Origin: an uncultured Gemmatimonadaceae bacterium | Lineage (GTDB): Bacteria > Gemmatimonadota > Gemmatimonadetes > Gemmatimonadales > Gemmatimonadaceae | Reading direction: 5' to 3' | DNA length: 64,000 nucleotides | NCBI GenBank assembly: GCA_963790305.1 | Contig: CAWBOC010000005.1 | Coordinates: forward strand, 640,001 to 704,000 | The notes under the pieces: model-generated | Told to the model about the DNA's origin: nothing | The model's database searches: none | The model's input: the letters and a program-made list of their open reading frames with translations, nothing else | Made by a program: the position numbers and the translations under genes | Shown: positions 62,319 through 64,000 of the stretch, one piece after another | Layout: every line of letters starts with the position of its first letter | Numbering within the stretch: the first letter of the stretch is position 1

Positions 62319-63170
62319 ATGAATCCCGAGCCGCAGGGCGAGCGCGTCGTTCGTGACACGATGACGCCCGTCCCGTTCGTTCCCGCCGATCATCACGTCC
62401 GAGGCGCGGGCGACACGGAGCTGGAGGCCGCGCAGCGCGCGCTGGCCTCCGAACACTCTCGGCTCACCGACGCACTCTCGCGTGCGGAGTCCGCACTGGC
62501 CATGCGCGACGAGGTGCTCGCGATCGTCGCACACGACCTTCGCGCGCCGCTCAACGCAGTGCAGTCGAGCGCCGCGTTCCTCATGGACGTGGAGCTCGCG
62601 GAGCCTGAGCGCAGGCGACTGCTCGATGTGATTCGCCGCGCGGCGTCCAGCATGAACGGACTCATTCAGGATCTCCTCGACGTCTCGCGAATGGAGAGCG
62701 GCGCCTTCACCGTCGAGCTGCAGAGGCTCGACGTGGCGGCGCTGGCCAGGGAGGTCTGCGAGCAGTTTCGCCCGCAAGCGACCGAGAGCGGCCAGAAGCT
62801 CGAGTCCAGGGTCGAGCGTGATATTCCACTCGTGCCGGGCGATCGCGACCGCCTCACCCAGGTGCTCGAGAATCTCATCAGCAACGCGTTGCGGTTCACC
62901 CCCGCGGGTGGGGCGGTCACGGTTCACGTCGCGCGACAGGGAGGGGATGCGGTTGCGTGCTCGGTATCGGACACAGGCGTAGGCATCGCACCCGAAGATC
63001 TCCCGCATCTGTTCGAACGTTTCTGGCAAGCGCGGCGCTATCGGCGCGGTGGCGCGGGGCTGGGACTCGCGATTGCGCGCGGCGTGGTCGAAGCGCACGG
63101 ATCGGCGCTGGCGGTGGAGAGCGAGCCGGGGCGGGGGAGTACGTTCTCCTTCGTGCTCCGAAGCGGCTGA
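62319..63170 (+). CDS. Histidine kinase (HisKA + HATPase), no recognisable sensor domain
   Basis: AHDLRAPL, NLISNALRFT, DTGVG, GAGLGL; start uncertain. Confidence 0.85.
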   Translation: MNPEPQGERVVRDTMTPVPFVPADHHVRGAGDTELEAAQRALASEHSRLTDALSRAESALAMRDEVLAIVAHDLRAPLNAVQSSAAFLMDVELAEPERRRLLDVIRRAASSMNGLIQDLLDVSRMESGAFTVELQRLDVAALAREVCEQFRPQATESGQKLESRVERDIPLVPGDRDRLTQVLENLISNALRFTPAGGAVTVHVARQGGDAVACSVSDTGVGIAPEDLPHLFERFWQARRYRRGGAGLGLAIARGVVEAHGSALAVESEPGRGSTFSFVLRSG

Positions 63171-63297
63171 GCGCGAAGGCGAGTGGCGCGGCGGCGCTTC
63201 CGCTCGCTTCCCACTGCAGTTCCACATTTCTTGCAAAAGCCCCTCCCGTCCGGACCCGAGACCCGAGTCCGGGGGCCAGATCATTCGGAGGGAGAAC

Positions 63298-63879
63298 ATG
63301 CGGATCCAGTACAAGATTCTTGGCAGTGTGATCGCCGTCACAATGCTTGGCATCTCGGCGTGCCGTGATGCTGAGTATGCCGACCAGGACACGGCTGCGG
63401 TCGTGACTGATACGACCGCCGTGGGCGGCAACGTCGAGGCGTACAGCGACGCGAACGCCGTGGCGTTCATTCAGACGGTGAACACCGGTGAGGTCGAAGC
63501 GGCCGGGCTCGCCAAGACGAAGGCGACGGGCGCCGAGATCAAGTCATTCGCGCGTCAGATGGAGACGGACCACGCGGCGATGAAGACCGAAGTCGCGGAG
63601 GCCGCGCAGCGGCTTGGTCTGTCGACGACGGCGACGGATGAGGATGTCCTCGAGGATCATCAGGAGGACATGCGGGAGCTGAACGAGGCGAAGGCGGGAA
63701 ACGAGTTCGACGACAAGTACATCGACGAGCAGGTCGAGGCGCACAAGAACGCGCTCGACAAGATCGATGACGCGATCGAGAAGACGCAGAACGCCGAGTT
63801 CAAGGCGCTATTGCAGAAGGCCCGCGGCGCGGTAGAAGGACACCTGAAGCACGCGGAGCAGCTGGACAAGAAGGTCTAG
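63298..63879 (+). CDS. DUF4142 domain lipoprotein
   Basis: Lipobox ISAC; NTGEV..A, FARQMETDH, FDDKY...QV.AH, HLKHA. Confidence 0.88.
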   Translation: MRIQYKILGSVIAVTMLGISACRDAEYADQDTAAVVTDTTAVGGNVEAYSDANAVAFIQTVNTGEVEAAGLAKTKATGAEIKSFARQMETDHAAMKTEVAEAAQRLGLSTTATDEDVLEDHQEDMRELNEAKAGNEFDDKYIDEQVEAHKNALDKIDDAIEKTQNAEFKALLQKARGAVEGHLKHAEQLDKKV

Positions 63880-64000
63880 GAGCTGGGGGTCAGGAGTCAG
63901 GAGTCAGGGATGGAAAGGGCGGCGCCGCTACGCGGCTGCCGCCTCATCAAATGAGCAAACGGCGGCGCGAAATGCGCCGCCGTTTGCCTTTCCATACCCT
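63877..64000. repeat. Family A-like heptamer palindrome, truncated by window end
   Basis: TAGGAGCT..(GGAGTCA)x2-GGGATGGAAAGG ... CCTTTCCATACCCT. Confidence 0.7.

Noticed and set aside
39732..64000. Repeat clusters as a CRISPR array
   Set aside because: Units are 7-10 bp, tandem and inverted, with no regular unique spacers and no cas genes.

Overview
GC-rich bacterial chromosomal window, probably Gemmatimonadota (inferred from gene content: Hanks kinase-TPR protein, M14 peptidase, DmpA, DUF4142). No rRNA, tRNA, CRISPR array or transposase was recognised. About 15-20 small indels split otherwise intact genes; those I could reconstruct are mostly +1 insertions, suggesting long-read error. Highlights: (1) a CPA1/NhaP-type cation:proton antiporter fused to a rhodanese domain whose apparent TGA stop (57088) sits in a C-x-U active-site loop, followed by a SECIS-like hairpin and 41 more in-frame rhodanese codons, i.e. 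a probable selenoprotein transporter; (2) a ~23 kb sigma-54 regulon (16.4-39.3 kb) readable from the DNA, with six GG-N10-GC promoters, each with YGCG-N6-CGCR enhancer-like sites ~100-130 bp upstream, three GAF(CxxC)-AAA+ activators, an AcrB-TolC fusion, a DoxX-NDH-2 fusion and an ABC-2 exporter; (3) a giant SEDS-like protein coupled to an atypical PBP; (4) a CarH/LitR-like B12 regulator with ~11-bp-periodic operator-like repeats at the promoters of ompA, hsp20 and a fasciclin gene instead of carotenoid genes; (5) families of palindromic 7/9-mer repeat elements, one apparently encoding a lipoprotein signal peptide; (6) a structured leader upstream of an ankyrin-VOC gene and a missed 55-aa ORF with an occluded RBS. 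All product calls are by motif recognition; no searches were run.
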